Source: Octopus sinensis
Taxonomy: Eukaryota
Reading direction: 5' to 3'
Assembly (NCBI RefSeq): GCF_006345805.1
Contig: NC_042999.1
Location: 40,610,001-40,674,000, forward strand
DNA: 64,000 nucleotides
Shown: positions 38,057 through 49,991 of the stretch, one piece after another
Numbering within the stretch: position 1 is the first letter of the stretch
Layout of the letters: each line of letters begins with the position of its first letter
Notes under the pieces: model-generated
Databases searched by the model: none
Seen by the model: the letters and a program-made list of their open reading frames with translations, nothing else
Told to the model about the DNA's origin: nothing
Translations under genes and position numbers: made by a program

Positions 38057-39980
38057 TTTACCCAAGTGTGTTGTGAGTTATTTTTTTCATGTGAAACTTT
38101 GGAAAAAAACTGTTAAAAAATTGTCAAAAATTGAATCGCGCGAGGCGTTTGCCGCTGCGTGTTTGAACCTTTTATAGAAGGTGTGTCGACCCTCAAGTCA
38201 TGGAGACTTACGCGGGGGTCGCCACAACAAAAAGTGACGAGTCACTTAGAATAAAAGAAGTGTTCTTTAGAAAAGAACAATTGAAGGAATACGAGAAGTT
38301 CGTCAAAAGGGAGGGTGACAGCGTGAAGCTGGTCCCGCCTGTGGAAACAATAGAAGAAAAAAATAACAAGACGATAACGTATAGAACGCAAGATAGAAAC
38401 ACGAGAAAACTGGTGAGAGTGACGATTGAAGAAATAGAGAAATGTCTGGGGGACATCATGAAAAAAGCGACTTTTGTAGACAGAGGAAAGAAATATGGTA
38501 CGGTGGAGGTGAGATGCGCAACAAAGGAAGTGGCGGCCTCATTGGCTTCCACTGTCCTGAAAGCGGAAAATTTCACCATGTGGCCGACGTATAAAGGAAG
38601 ACGAGGGGTACGGGTAAGAGTCCCAAAGGTGCCCCCAAATATTAAAACAGAAATGCTGGTAACAGCCATTATTGGGGCAGCAAAAGAGGAAGTAGAAATA
38701 GGGTCAATTAAGGAGACGAACGTTGTAAATTGGAAGGGATTCGGAGTCGAGTTGTGGCTGATGGCCACAATTGAAGACATCGAAAGATTTCCCTTCCAAA
38801 TAGAAATAGAAAACGAAAAAACAATTAGTGTAATAGTGGAAGGCAGAAAACCGAATTGCTACCTGTGCGGCTCAAGAGGGCACATAAAAAAGGAATGTCC
38901 GCTGTATGAATTCACAGCGGAGCAAAAAGAGACACAAAGTGGAGAGAAGGAAAACGAACACGAAGGAAAGAACAGCGAAAACAAGGAAAAGGAAATAACG
39001 GAGAAACAACAAGAGAAGGGAAGTAACAGCGCACTGAAGGAAAATGAAAACAAAGGGAAGAAGATAGTAGAAAAGGAGCAAAATTCACAGGGTGCAGAAG
39101 TAGAGGAGAAGGAGCCAAGGCAGAAGCAAGAGAAAGAAAAGGAAAGTACATTAAAGGAAAGAGAAAAAGCAGGAAAAGAACAAGAGAAGGAACAGAACCA
39201 AGAGAAAGGAAAAGATGGTATGCAAAAAGGAAAAGAAACAACAGGAAAGGAACTTAAGGCACAGGGTAGAGAGACGGCAGACAAAGAGCCAAAAAGACAA
39301 GAGAAGGAAAAAGAAAGAAGAGAAAGCAAAAAGAGAGAAAGAGAGAAACCGAGGGAGGAGAAAAAAGAGGAAGTAAGTCCTAAGAGAAAAACTAGAGAAA
39401 ACGCAGGTACGAATAGAAAATTCAAATACTATGGAACGTTGATCCATCACAAGCACTGTGAGGAGATGGAAAATTTAATAAGCGAAACAAACGGATATAC
39501 GTGGGTCAGGATGGGCACCGAATGGAAAGAAACAGGTGCACTCGTCCACGAGAACGACGCCGAGGCGTTCATCGAGGCAGCTGGCAAGAACGTGTTAAAA
39601 CATATGAAATGCCGACTTACAAGGTGGCCTCGAACATCGGAAGTTTACTCAGATTTGGTAGACATAATGGAGTATATATAAAAGAAAAGGTATTGTGAAA
39701 ACTTTAATTTGGAAATGATAAAAAGAACTTTAAATTCGGAAAAAAAAAAAAAAAAAGAAATGTTGAACTTTGTAAAACTTTTGAAATGTATGTTGAAAAT
39801 GTATAAAATGTTTTATTTGAAAAATATTATTGACGAATAAAAAACAAATGACGAAATGTAACCGCTCGATTTCGGGGATCGAGTGGGCATTACACCACAT
39901 TGTACAAACTTCATAATTCATTATTCATTCCCGATTGTATTGTCCCATCTATGTAGCCCCTAGTGGGTAATAATAAAACA
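38057..39980 (+). mobile_element. ORF1-only non-autonomous non-LTR retroposon (1924 bp) with a 12-bp TSD
   Basis: TSD ACATGGAGGAAA at 38045-38056 and 39981-39992; 143-nt 5' UTR, single ORF, 299-nt 3' UTR ending AATAAAACA; no ORF2 sequence. Confidence 0.88.
38200..39681 (+). CDS. Intact 493-aa LINE ORF1-like nucleic-acid-binding protein (putative RRM-like region, CCHC knuckle, K/E-rich region, C-terminal domain)
   Basis: Uninterrupted ORF; CYLCGSRGHIKKEC is C-X2-C-X4-H-X4-C; VIVEGRKPNCYLCGS matches IVVEGRRPRCYLCGS of the Tx1 ORF1 in this window. Confidence 0.88.
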   Translation: METYAGVATTKSDESLRIKEVFFRKEQLKEYEKFVKREGDSVKLVPPVETIEEKNNKTITYRTQDRNTRKLVRVTIEEIEKCLGDIMKKATFVDRGKKYGTVEVRCATKEVAASLASTVLKAENFTMWPTYKGRRGVRVRVPKVPPNIKTEMLVTAIIGAAKEEVEIGSIKETNVVNWKGFGVELWLMATIEDIERFPFQIEIENEKTISVIVEGRKPNCYLCGSRGHIKKECPLYEFTAEQKETQSGEKENEHEGKNSENKEKEITEKQQEKGSNSALKENENKGKKIVEKEQNSQGAEVEEKEPRQKQEKEKESTLKEREKAGKEQEKEQNQEKGKDGMQKGKETTGKELKAQGRETADKEPKRQEKEKERRESKKREREKPREEKKEEVSPKRKTRENAGTNRKFKYYGTLIHHKHCEEMENLISETNGYTWVRMGTEWKETGALVHENDAEAFIEAAGKNVLKHMKCRLTRWPRTSEVYSDLVDIMEYI

Positions 39981-40684
39981 ACATGGAGGAAAGCACCTTC
40001 GAAAAGTGTCTTGGTGTGACTATGAAAGTTATCTAATCAGAGGCGGTAAATTCGCCACAATAGAAGCAAGGTGCAAGTCAACGGAGCGTGCAAGGAAGTA
40101 CTCGACTGGAACTTGCAAAGTGGAAATATTTTATTGTTATTCTTATATCTGGGACGTAGGACGTCCCGGAAAAAAAATAATAATTCCCCCCACCCCCATA
40201 AGATGAGGTAGGCTGGATTGTAGCCACACTTCTATACAAGAGGGAGGACAAGATACAATTGATCGAAATTACAAGAGACGGACTAGCAATTCCAGTCTGT
40301 TATATATTTTGAGTATTTTTATCACTAGCCATATCAAGATACAACTTTGTATTTTGTAATTTATGTGTAGATGTATATATATATATAGATGTACATGTAA
40401 TATGTACACATATATACATGCACTAGCACTATGACCTCGCAACGACGGATCTTTAATGCTAGTTTTATTATAACCGTTCGCACAATAGCAATCCAATTTT
40501 CCAACGCAGAATTAATAACGAGGCTAACTCTCTCACAGTTCAACCTCTGTCTATTGGCTTATCTGTTTATAGATAAGCCAATAGACACAACAACAATATA
40601 AAGGTTTTATAAACTTACTGCGTTCTCAGAAGCCTTCTATTTTCTCTATTTTTACCTTCTTGTATATGTATGTATGTATAGCGT

Positions 40685-40950
40685 ACCATGTGTGGTAAGA
40701 AACTTGCTTCCCAACCAGATGCTTCCTTGTTCAGTCCCACTGCATGGCACCTTGGGCAAGTGGCTGAGCACTCCACAGACACGTGCACCCTTAATGTAGT
40801 TCTCAGGGAGATTCAGCGAGACACAGAGTGTAACAAGGCTAGCCCTTTGAAATACAGAAACAGGAAGCTTTAGGTGTTTCCGCTCAATAAACACTCCTGA
40901 TCTGGGAATCGAAACCGCGATCCTACGACCGCTGCCCAAACCACTGGGTA
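40685..40950 (+). mobile_element. Chimeric or degraded SINE fragments
   Basis: Family 1 head (TGTGGTAAGAAACTTGCTTCCCAACC...TTGGGCAAGTG) followed by a different body. Confidence 0.55.
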
Positions 40951-41161
40951 AGTATATGTGTGTCTTTGTGTGTGCATGGTGACTGGAATCTCTTTTATAG
41001 TTTAACATACTTACATCAGGATAAATAATAAATGTAACAAGCTCTAATAGCACATTATTTACATTTGACGAATATTTGTCCTCATCTTTGTTGTTAATAC
41101 AACGTTTCGGCTGATGTACCTGGTATTTCTCCGATGTTATTATTACCATTATTATTTATAT

Positions 41162-41231
41162 CACTGCCTAGAATCGAACTCGGTATCTTGGGGTTAGTAG
41201 CCCGCGCTCTTAACCACTACGCCATATGCCC
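41162..41231 (-). mobile_element. tRNA-like SINE head
   Basis: Minus strand TGGCGTAGTGG A box and GAGTTCGATTC B box; acceptor stem does not pair as in a true tRNA. Confidence 0.55.
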
Positions 41232-41846
41232 GTATGGAATGAATTTTAGGGATTATAAATCTAATATTTTCCTATCCTTCCTTATTACCGGTTCCCATAT
41301 GCTACTCATATCTGCATTAGGTCTGATTAGGAGGTTATTGTGTCCTAGTATATGCGCTGCCACTTTTGGATTTCGTATTTTCCAGTGGTGTTCTCTGTCT
41401 ATTATTTTAACTTCATCCCACACAATTCCTCATCTCTCAAACATAGAACTGTAAGCTCTAATAGATTTCAAACTTTAAGAAATGGTAACCAGCCGCTCCG
41501 TTACTAAATTTTTTATGTCAAGAAATATTTTGTTCATCATCATCATTATACACGCTATTTGAATATCCAGTTATAAGTCTATAATTATGTGCCGGTGCTT
41601 ATTTTGTGTGCGTGTATATGAATTCTTGTGACGTAGTCATTAAGGGTGTTCAACACGAGGTCATTAAGCCCTGAGTTCAATTCTTGGGTAGAGCGGTGCG
41701 TTGCGTCTTTCTGCAATGCGCTGCAAGTCCATGATCTTTGTCTATTCAGCTGTAACGTGTAATAGCCGACTGCTAGTGCAGCCCTATCTCTCTTCTAGAT
41801 GTTCGCTGTCTCTTACATCCGATTAGTTTATATATATATATATATA

Positions 41847-42596
41847 TACTAAGTAATTAAGGGTTTAGCAACGATTTGCCTCACCACACACCGGATTTAG
41901 AAATAACAGTCAAAGAGTTATAGCTATTCCTTCTACTAAAAGGGAGATCTCAGTAAAAACACAGCACCTGAAAGGCAAACACAGACAGGCAAGAGAGAGA
42001 GAAATGACGGCAATCTATCATACAATTTTAAGTCACCTACGGACGTACGTTTCGAAATTAAGTTTTAGGAAAGCATAAGAATTAGATAATTATGTCTTAC
42101 CCAACTTCTTTTCTCATCAGCGTAGGACACTACAATTATGAATAATTGTATATTAAATTTCGAGATACTAGAAGGCATCATCTCAACTCAGTATCAGAGC
42201 GAGCTAAAACCGTTACCAGTATCACCAAATTCAAAGTGTGAATGAAAGTTTGTGTCACCAACCCCTTCCCACCAGCGTGTAGGCAAGACAAGATGTTGTG
42301 GTCATTTACTGGGATGAAATATGGTTATCAGTAATAATATAGGGTGAAATTAATTAATTTGGAATAATCATTAATTTCACCAAATATATTTCGGCATGTA
42401 AAAGCCTCATTCGAGGAAAGTTTAAGTAATACTAAGTAATTAAGGGTTTAGCAACGATTTGCCTCACCACACACCGAATTTAGAAATAGCAGTCAAAGAG
42501 TTATAGCTATTCCTTCTACTAAAAGGGAGATCTCAGTAAAAACACAGCACCTGAAAGGCAAACACAAATTAATTAATTTCACCCTATATTATTACT
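41847..42596 (-). mobile_element. Retrozyme/Penelope pLTR-like non-coding element: 583-nt unit, 137-bp terminal direct repeat, 31-bp inverted tail
   Basis: 41847-41983 equals 42430-42566 (2 mismatches); 42566-42596 is the reverse complement of 42330-42360; (TA)n on both sides; internal hammerhead. Confidence 0.75.
42036..42126 (-). ncRNA. Type I hammerhead ribozyme with intact core
   Basis: Minus strand cctacg-CUGAUGA-GAAA[extended stem II]UUUC-GAAA-C-GUAC-GUC-cguagg: 6-bp stem I, G10.1-C11.1 pair, GUC cleavage triplet, palindromic CGUACG in stem III. Confidence 0.8.
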
Positions 42597-42665
<69 letters not shown>

Positions 42666-42668
42666 CAT

Positions 42669-42750
<82 letters not shown>

Positions 42751-43877
42751 ATACAACTTTCAGTTACATTTGGCTACATATATTTTTGCAGAAAAACATA
42801 TATTCAGATACCTAGCCTATATATAAAGCAGCTAACAGAGAATACAAATAATTCCGAGCACGACCACCACTGAGGAGAGTTATACTCTTTTATCAGACTT
42901 ATTTTAAATTCACACTTCAAAGGTATACATTTCTTCAGTTTACAAAGTAAGTTCACTGATATCTCCACCTTGGATAGCTTGTTCCTAACTAAACATCGGT
43001 TGCAGGATCTAAAGCGAAAAGCATCTTCTGCTGAAATGACCTAAACCAACGTGATAAAATTCATTTCTTCCTATGCTTCTTACTTGGGTTATACCAACTG
43101 GAAATGCATGAAGCTTGCCAACATACGATTCTATTTCCATTAAAATATTATGTATCTGCATCTGATAAAAAAGAAATCAATATATAACAAAATGGCGATA
43201 GTTTTTTAAGGAGAGTAGAAAATGTAGGTTATATTAAAACCCTCTCTATATTTATAATTTGGTTTATCAGACTTCTGAAGTTGCCTCAAACCCATCGCTT
43301 TGATAAATAATGACAGCCACCAAATGTGTTTTAATAATTTGCTAAAAAAGTAAATAGACATGTTCAGAATTCTTGCAGCGGGAATAGTTTAATATTTGAT
43401 GTGAATGTTTAATAAATTCTGCCTTTTCGAAGATAATACTTCTCAACCCTCTAACAGTTAATTACAACTTCAGTAGGGAAAATATCGCTCAAAGATAAAA
43501 TACAGGAAACCACTGTGTATCTTCGTCAAATATTTTTTCCGTGTTAGTTTTGTTTATTTTTCAATGTAAATCTTCCATTACCTTGCACGCCATTTTGTTG
43601 TTGTTTTGTTATCCTGAGGCGCTTATAAAGAAACTATTGTAAATGAAATAACATTAAACTAAGACCGTCGATACTTTTTATTCTCATGTATTTTACTGTT
43701 CCTAATATAACACTTGATTCATTTTTATGTCATCATCCTTTGATACTTTTAATAGCTTTTGATATGAGGGACAAAATTGTCAGTTCATATTAAAATGGTG
43801 GTCTCTCGGCTAAATAATGTATCAATCTGTCTCTACCTATCTAAATATCTATCCACCCACTTATCCACATACATACA

Positions 43878-43968
<91 letters not shown>

Positions 43969-45771
43969 GAATAAACATATTTACATACATAAATACATAC
44001 ATATTCACACACATATATGTGCATATATATACTAAAATGCACAGAAACACACACACAAAATATACATACATAAATATGTATATAACCATGTATGTATGTA
44101 TCTAAGTAAATTATGTGTATCTATATGCATAAATATTTATGAATCTTTCATTATTTATTATAGCCTTTATAATTATTCTCTGAGGCTGCTCAAGATGAAA
44201 TTCTAAATAAAAATACTGATAATTCTCTATTGATACTGTTTCATTTAAAAACAATGTGTGGAGATATATTTTGCATTTTGCCATGAAAATATCACAATAA
44301 CGAAAATATTTAATATGACAACAAGAATATAAAAAAATTAAAACACCCCAATCTATTTGAGTCTGCTCTATTATTTATAATCGTGTCTCCTACATTTATA
44401 TTTGTAATTCAATGTATAGACTTCACGTTCCTTAGTTGAGTTCTATAAGAGCCCATTTCACGATCGAAATAATTAAATCTGGTTTTATATTGTCACGTGT
44501 ATATATATATTTAATTTTTATTATTTTTTGTGTGAGTGAGAGGGATTTGGTGGGAGATTTGATGGTGGTGGTGGTGGTGGTAAAGATGTTGTTAATTATG
44601 GTGGTGAACGAGATCATCTTGTGATATAGTGCAGTGAGAAGTAATGCTAGTGCTTTCCTTGGTGTCGGTAGTGGTGTTGACAATGAGATAACGAAGGCTG
44701 TTTTTGCGGGGTTTTTTTTTTCCTTTTCTAATATTTGTTTAACTTTATCATTTAGCAAATTCTGAATGTGTCGAAGAGATTTTGACAGCCGTCATTTTAT
44801 CAGATTTTGTAACGAGTAAAGTTAATTTGCTTTCTCAATGTCGTGGAGCAAAATTAGTCTCAAACTGTGATACACCGATTTATGAGACGATATGTTAGTA
44901 TTCCCTGCTCTCACATATATTAAGACTAGGTTTAAATTACACCGTAATTCTTTGTTTAATCATTCCTGATAGCTATACTGATACATCCAGCCTTCCCTAC
45001 CCTCTTTGTTGTTATTTGTTTTTCATGCAAAAATTCAGATTGCCAGCTGTCTTAATTATATAATACAGAGTTTTTTGGGTATTTAATTTCTCATTCTTAA
45101 TGCAAAACAAGAGAGGCGGCTTCCTTTAAAATCAATATTTTTTCCCTGTCGTTTCTTTGGAGCAGGAAGCAAATATTTTTCCTTTGGGTTTCCTCTTTTT
45201 GTTTTATTAATGACGATGAGGTGGCTTCCCAATCTTGTTAGGTTACCAGATTGACTAATGACTTATTTTTAAATATTTCAGCTTCGTTTCTATGGTTTGG
45301 AAAAAGCAGACTTAATAACATACGGCTGTTTAATCTGCTTCTATTTTCTATGATATTTCATTTATTTAAATTCTTTCAAGTTCTTGGGAACTGCATGCCA
45401 ACGTAAATGCTCTGCTGAGTAAAATCATTTCCTTGACATTCTGAGGTTTATTGATAGTAATGTGACAAATAAAACACCAGGCCTTAAACTCTGCACCGCA
45501 AAACTTCATTTCTAACCCTGCATCCGACAGAAATCTGCCTAGTTGGAGATTTTAAATACATAAATATGAAAGATAAGTTTTATTATATACAGTCTGCCTT
45601 TTTAAATTATCAGCAACATCGATTTCATTGTTATATATAATTAAGGATAAATGAAAATAGTACATAATTCAAAATAAAGACATATGTTAAATTGTGAATC
45701 GAGGTCGGGTGTAAAGCAATTCATGAAATAATCCCGTCTCTTTTACTCACACTCTCTTTTATTCTCTTATA

Positions 45772-45977
45772 TCTCTTTTACTTGTTTCAGTCATTTAACT
45801 GCGGCCATGCTGGAGCACCACCTTTAGTCGAGCAAATCGCCCCCAGGACTTATTCTTTGGAAGCCTAGTACTTATTCTATCTGTCTCTTTTTGGCCGAAC
45901 CTCTAAGTTACGGGGACGTAAACACACCACCATCTGTTGTCAAGCGATGTTGGGGGTGGGGACAAACACAGACAAAT

Positions 45978-46021
<44 letters not shown>

Positions 46022-46186
46022 GACGGGCTTCTTTCAGTTTCCGTCTACCAAATCCACTCACAAGGCTTTGGTCGGCCCGAGGCTATAGTAGAAGACACTT
46101 GCCGAAAGTTTGTACCACAGTGGGACTGAACCCGGAATCATGTGATTGGTAAACAAGCTACTTACCAATCACTCACTCCTGTGCCT
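45772..46186 (-). mobile_element. SINE family 1, full length
   Basis: Reverse complement of the family 1 pattern, with internal (TA)n. Confidence 0.85.
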
Positions 46187-46812
46187 CTCTCAAAATATCA
46201 CAAAACTTATTGGCAACAGGTTGGTCTTCATATAAAAGACTACTTTTTCAGTATGATATAAAATGTCAAAACGTTTCGACCAGGAATATTACCTGATGAT
46301 TACCACACAAAATAAGAACTGAACCTTAGGGCAATTAAAAAATAAATCTATTGTAGCTCTCCATCATATCCTCTTTCTTTGCTACTTTGAGAAGCACTGT
46401 TTTAAAACTTTCGGCTGATAATATAACTTTCACGAAAAAAAGATTTCTAGATTTTCGCAATAGGGAAGAGTAATACTTACTTTGGTGTTAAACTGCAACA
46501 TCTACTTTTTTTTACTTTGGTGTGGTGGACATCATTATCTCTTTATATTGAATTTTTGCCAAACACTGAAGATCTGGAACAATTACTTCTAACAGAGTGG
46601 GCTCCGTATGAGGTAAACCAGTCAAATTATTCAAATATAACAGCCAAAATAGTACACCATTTATTATGTATCAAGACGATATTTTTAAACAAGATGGTGT
46701 CCTAAAAATTTATGTGCATGGTCTGCCGAAATGTACCATAAATTTGTTAATTTTTTAGGAGCCTTTGTTGATGCGCGGAGAAGAAGACACTCACATGGAC
46801 TTCTTAACACAT

Positions 46813-46862
<50 letters not shown>

Positions 46863-46894
46863 GTATATAATATATATATATATTATATATATAT

Positions 46895-46928
<34 letters not shown>

Positions 46929-47761
46929 CATATATGAATGGGGAATGCAGCAATAAAAAACATCTGATTTATCGAAACGTATGTAGAAATGCATTAAAGG
47001 TTTAAATTTCAATCCAAAAGTTTGCGTTATTACAATGTTCATCCAACGCTATTACGGCACCAGACTAATAACCCTCCCATAAAATTACTCTGGAAGGTGG
47101 GAATAATAAGCGGTAGCCGGAATAAATAGTTAAGGGGCATTTTATCAGGGCACTTAAAAACGTTTCACTTAAACGAAATTAAAAAATATATATATGTGTG
47201 TGTGTGTATGTGTGTGTGTGTAAATCAAAATAAGCAACTCCATTTAATTGAAGTATGCACGTGGAATGATGTGTCTTACTCAATGCATCACCTACACAAG
47301 GAATCGAACCCATAACATTATGACCAACGTTGAACGCCATAACCACTAGACAAAGTCACTTCACTTGGGAATGTAAAAAGCAACTGAAATACACTAATGC
47401 ATCAAAAAACAACCTGACACTTGAATGATTATATAATAATACCTCCAAGCCAAATGTTTAATATAGCGAAAAAAATGCAGCATTATATAATTCAGGAATT
47501 TCTCATTGTTATATCAAAGGTCGTGGAAAATTCCAGCTAGGAATCATGATCATGTTCGAGAATCGATTTAAAACAAACTACGTGAAATTTCATAACTATA
47601 TCTATCTTAATCTCATATGCGTTGGTTCAAATATATATTTAACAGCCAGGGTATTACGAATACTATTAAAGTAACTCAAAAATCTATTTCCGGAGAGTAA
47701 CCTAAGTGCATCTTCCAGAAATTTAATAACTTATATGTAGATATCGTATTATATGTATATG

Positions 47762-47812
<51 letters not shown>

Positions 47813-47865
47813 TATACATACATTTATGTATACATATATATATGTATTATATACATATGCATATA

Positions 47866-48256
47866 GGCGCAGGAGTGGCTGTGTGGTAAGTAGCTTGCTA
47901 ACCAACCACATGGTTCCGGGTTCAGCCCCACTGCGTGGCATCTTGGGCAAGTGTCTTCTGCTATAGCCCCGGGCCGACTAATGCCTTGTGTGTGGATTTG
48001 GTAGACAGAAACTGAAAGAAGCCTGTCGTATATATGTATGTATATATATATGTGTGTGTGTGGCTGTGTTTGTCCCCCTAGCATTGCTTGACAACTGATG
48101 CTGGTGTGTTTAAGTTCCCGTAACTTAGCGGTTCGGCAAAAGAGACCGATAGGATAAGTACTGGGCTTACAAAGAATAAGTCCCGGAATCGATTTGCTCG
48201 ACTAAAGGCGGTGCTCCAGCATGGCCGCAGTCAAATGACTGAAACAAGTAAAAGAG
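47866..48256 (+). mobile_element. SINE family 1, full length
   Basis: GGCGCAGGAGTGGCTGTGTGGTAAG head to GAAACAAGTAAAAGAG tail. Confidence 0.88.
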
Positions 48257-48539
48257 TATGTATATATGTATGAATGTATATATATACATATATATTTACA
48301 TATATATATCACCGTGATCACCGTGACCGACCAGGCCAACGCTGGTCACAATGCACTTCGCATTGTTTTAGCCTTCAAATGACGCCACCCCGCTGGCTAA
48401 GCGAGCAGGCCAACAGAAGAAAGAGTAAGAGAAAGTTGTGGCGAAAGAGTACAGCAAGGATCGCCACCACCCCTGGAGGAACATATATATATATATATAT
48501 TTATAAAACTTATATATATATATATATACATATATATGC

Positions 48540-48649
<110 letters not shown>

Positions 48650-49254
48650 ATATAATACATGCATACAATGTAAATATTTATATACTAAATACAATTATGC
48701 CAATGCTCCAGCATGACCGCAGTTAAGTGATGGAAACAAGTAACAGAATACATTCGTATGTATGTATGTATATATAATATATATAATTGTAATTAGTATA
48801 TAAATATATATTATATATATGTATGTATATATGCATATACGTGTATATATATATAAATTTTATATATATATATATTATATATATATATATATATAATATA
48901 TACATACATATATTACTCTTTTACTTGTTTCAGTCATTTGACTGTGGCCATGCTGGAGCACCGCCTTCAGTCGAGCAAATCGATCCCGGGACTTATATAT
49001 ATATATATATACAATAAAATAAGGAAAATGCACACAATTTATGTATTTTACAGGATAGAATATTATTTCATTTACAATCAAATCCTTATGCAAGCAACAT
49101 GGACGAAAAACCGCTTAAGAAGATACGAAACTGGAATATTTTCAGTAATTTGTATGTAGTGATTAATGAAACGCGAAACCGGTCGGCTATCATAATATTA
49201 AAAACTATAAACTGTGTGCAAGTTCCATCTCATCATACACTCACACACACAAAC

Positions 49255-49305
<51 letters not shown>

Positions 49306-49991
49306 TACCTTTGCTTTTATATTTTTTGCTTGTTTCCGTCATTAAACGGCGATTAGGTTGGGGCACCGCTTTGAAGAAATTTTTCGAACGAATTTTTATA
49401 TTTTAATCCTCTCACTTATTTTAGCGGGTTTCTTACGCCGAACCGTTTTCTGTTAAATTGTTTTATATCTACCTTCACATAAAAACAAACTTTAAAATGT
49501 GTGCGTGAGTGCATGCATGGTATGTGTATGTTTTCTGTGTGTCTGTGCGTGTGTGTATTTGTGGATGTGTGAGCGAGTTCGCATGTGTGTGCCTGAGTGT
49601 GTGTGCGTGTGTGTGTATGTGTGTGAACCCACACACACGTGAGGGTGTCCACGCACGCGTGTGTGTTTATGTCTATGTGTATGTATCATATATCAGGGAA
49701 GACATTTTGTGTCCATTTTAGAAAATACCAAATCGGCTACACTCTTTTATCTTTGCTATCTTTCATCTTAGTACAATCAACTACAAACAACCAGCATATT
49801 TCGTAATACTTCTCTTCTGGGACCTCGGCACCGACGCATCGTCACTGCAGCTATAATTGTTACGCGTTGAAATTGCATCAGCTTCAATTCATCGCCGACT
49901 CACCTCAGATCATTTGCCAAACACGAACAACTCAGAAATATTAAATGTAACGTAAAGTATAGTCTCATTTCATGCGATATCAAAAATATAC

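Noticed and set aside
38208-39456. Several minus-strand F/S/L-rich ORFs
   Set aside because: Antisense shadows of the purine-rich 493-aa ORF.
41095-41121. CAACGTTTCGGCTGAT, half of a hammerhead-like motif on the minus strand
   Set aside because: The CUGANGA half is missing, so it is only a remnant.
41162-41231. Possible tRNA gene
   Set aside because: Has A and B boxes but no paired acceptor stem; treated as a SINE head.
45180-45560. LSRAFTLACSSQELE, resembling the Penelope RT C-terminal region (minus)
   Set aside because: Too degraded to support as a feature.
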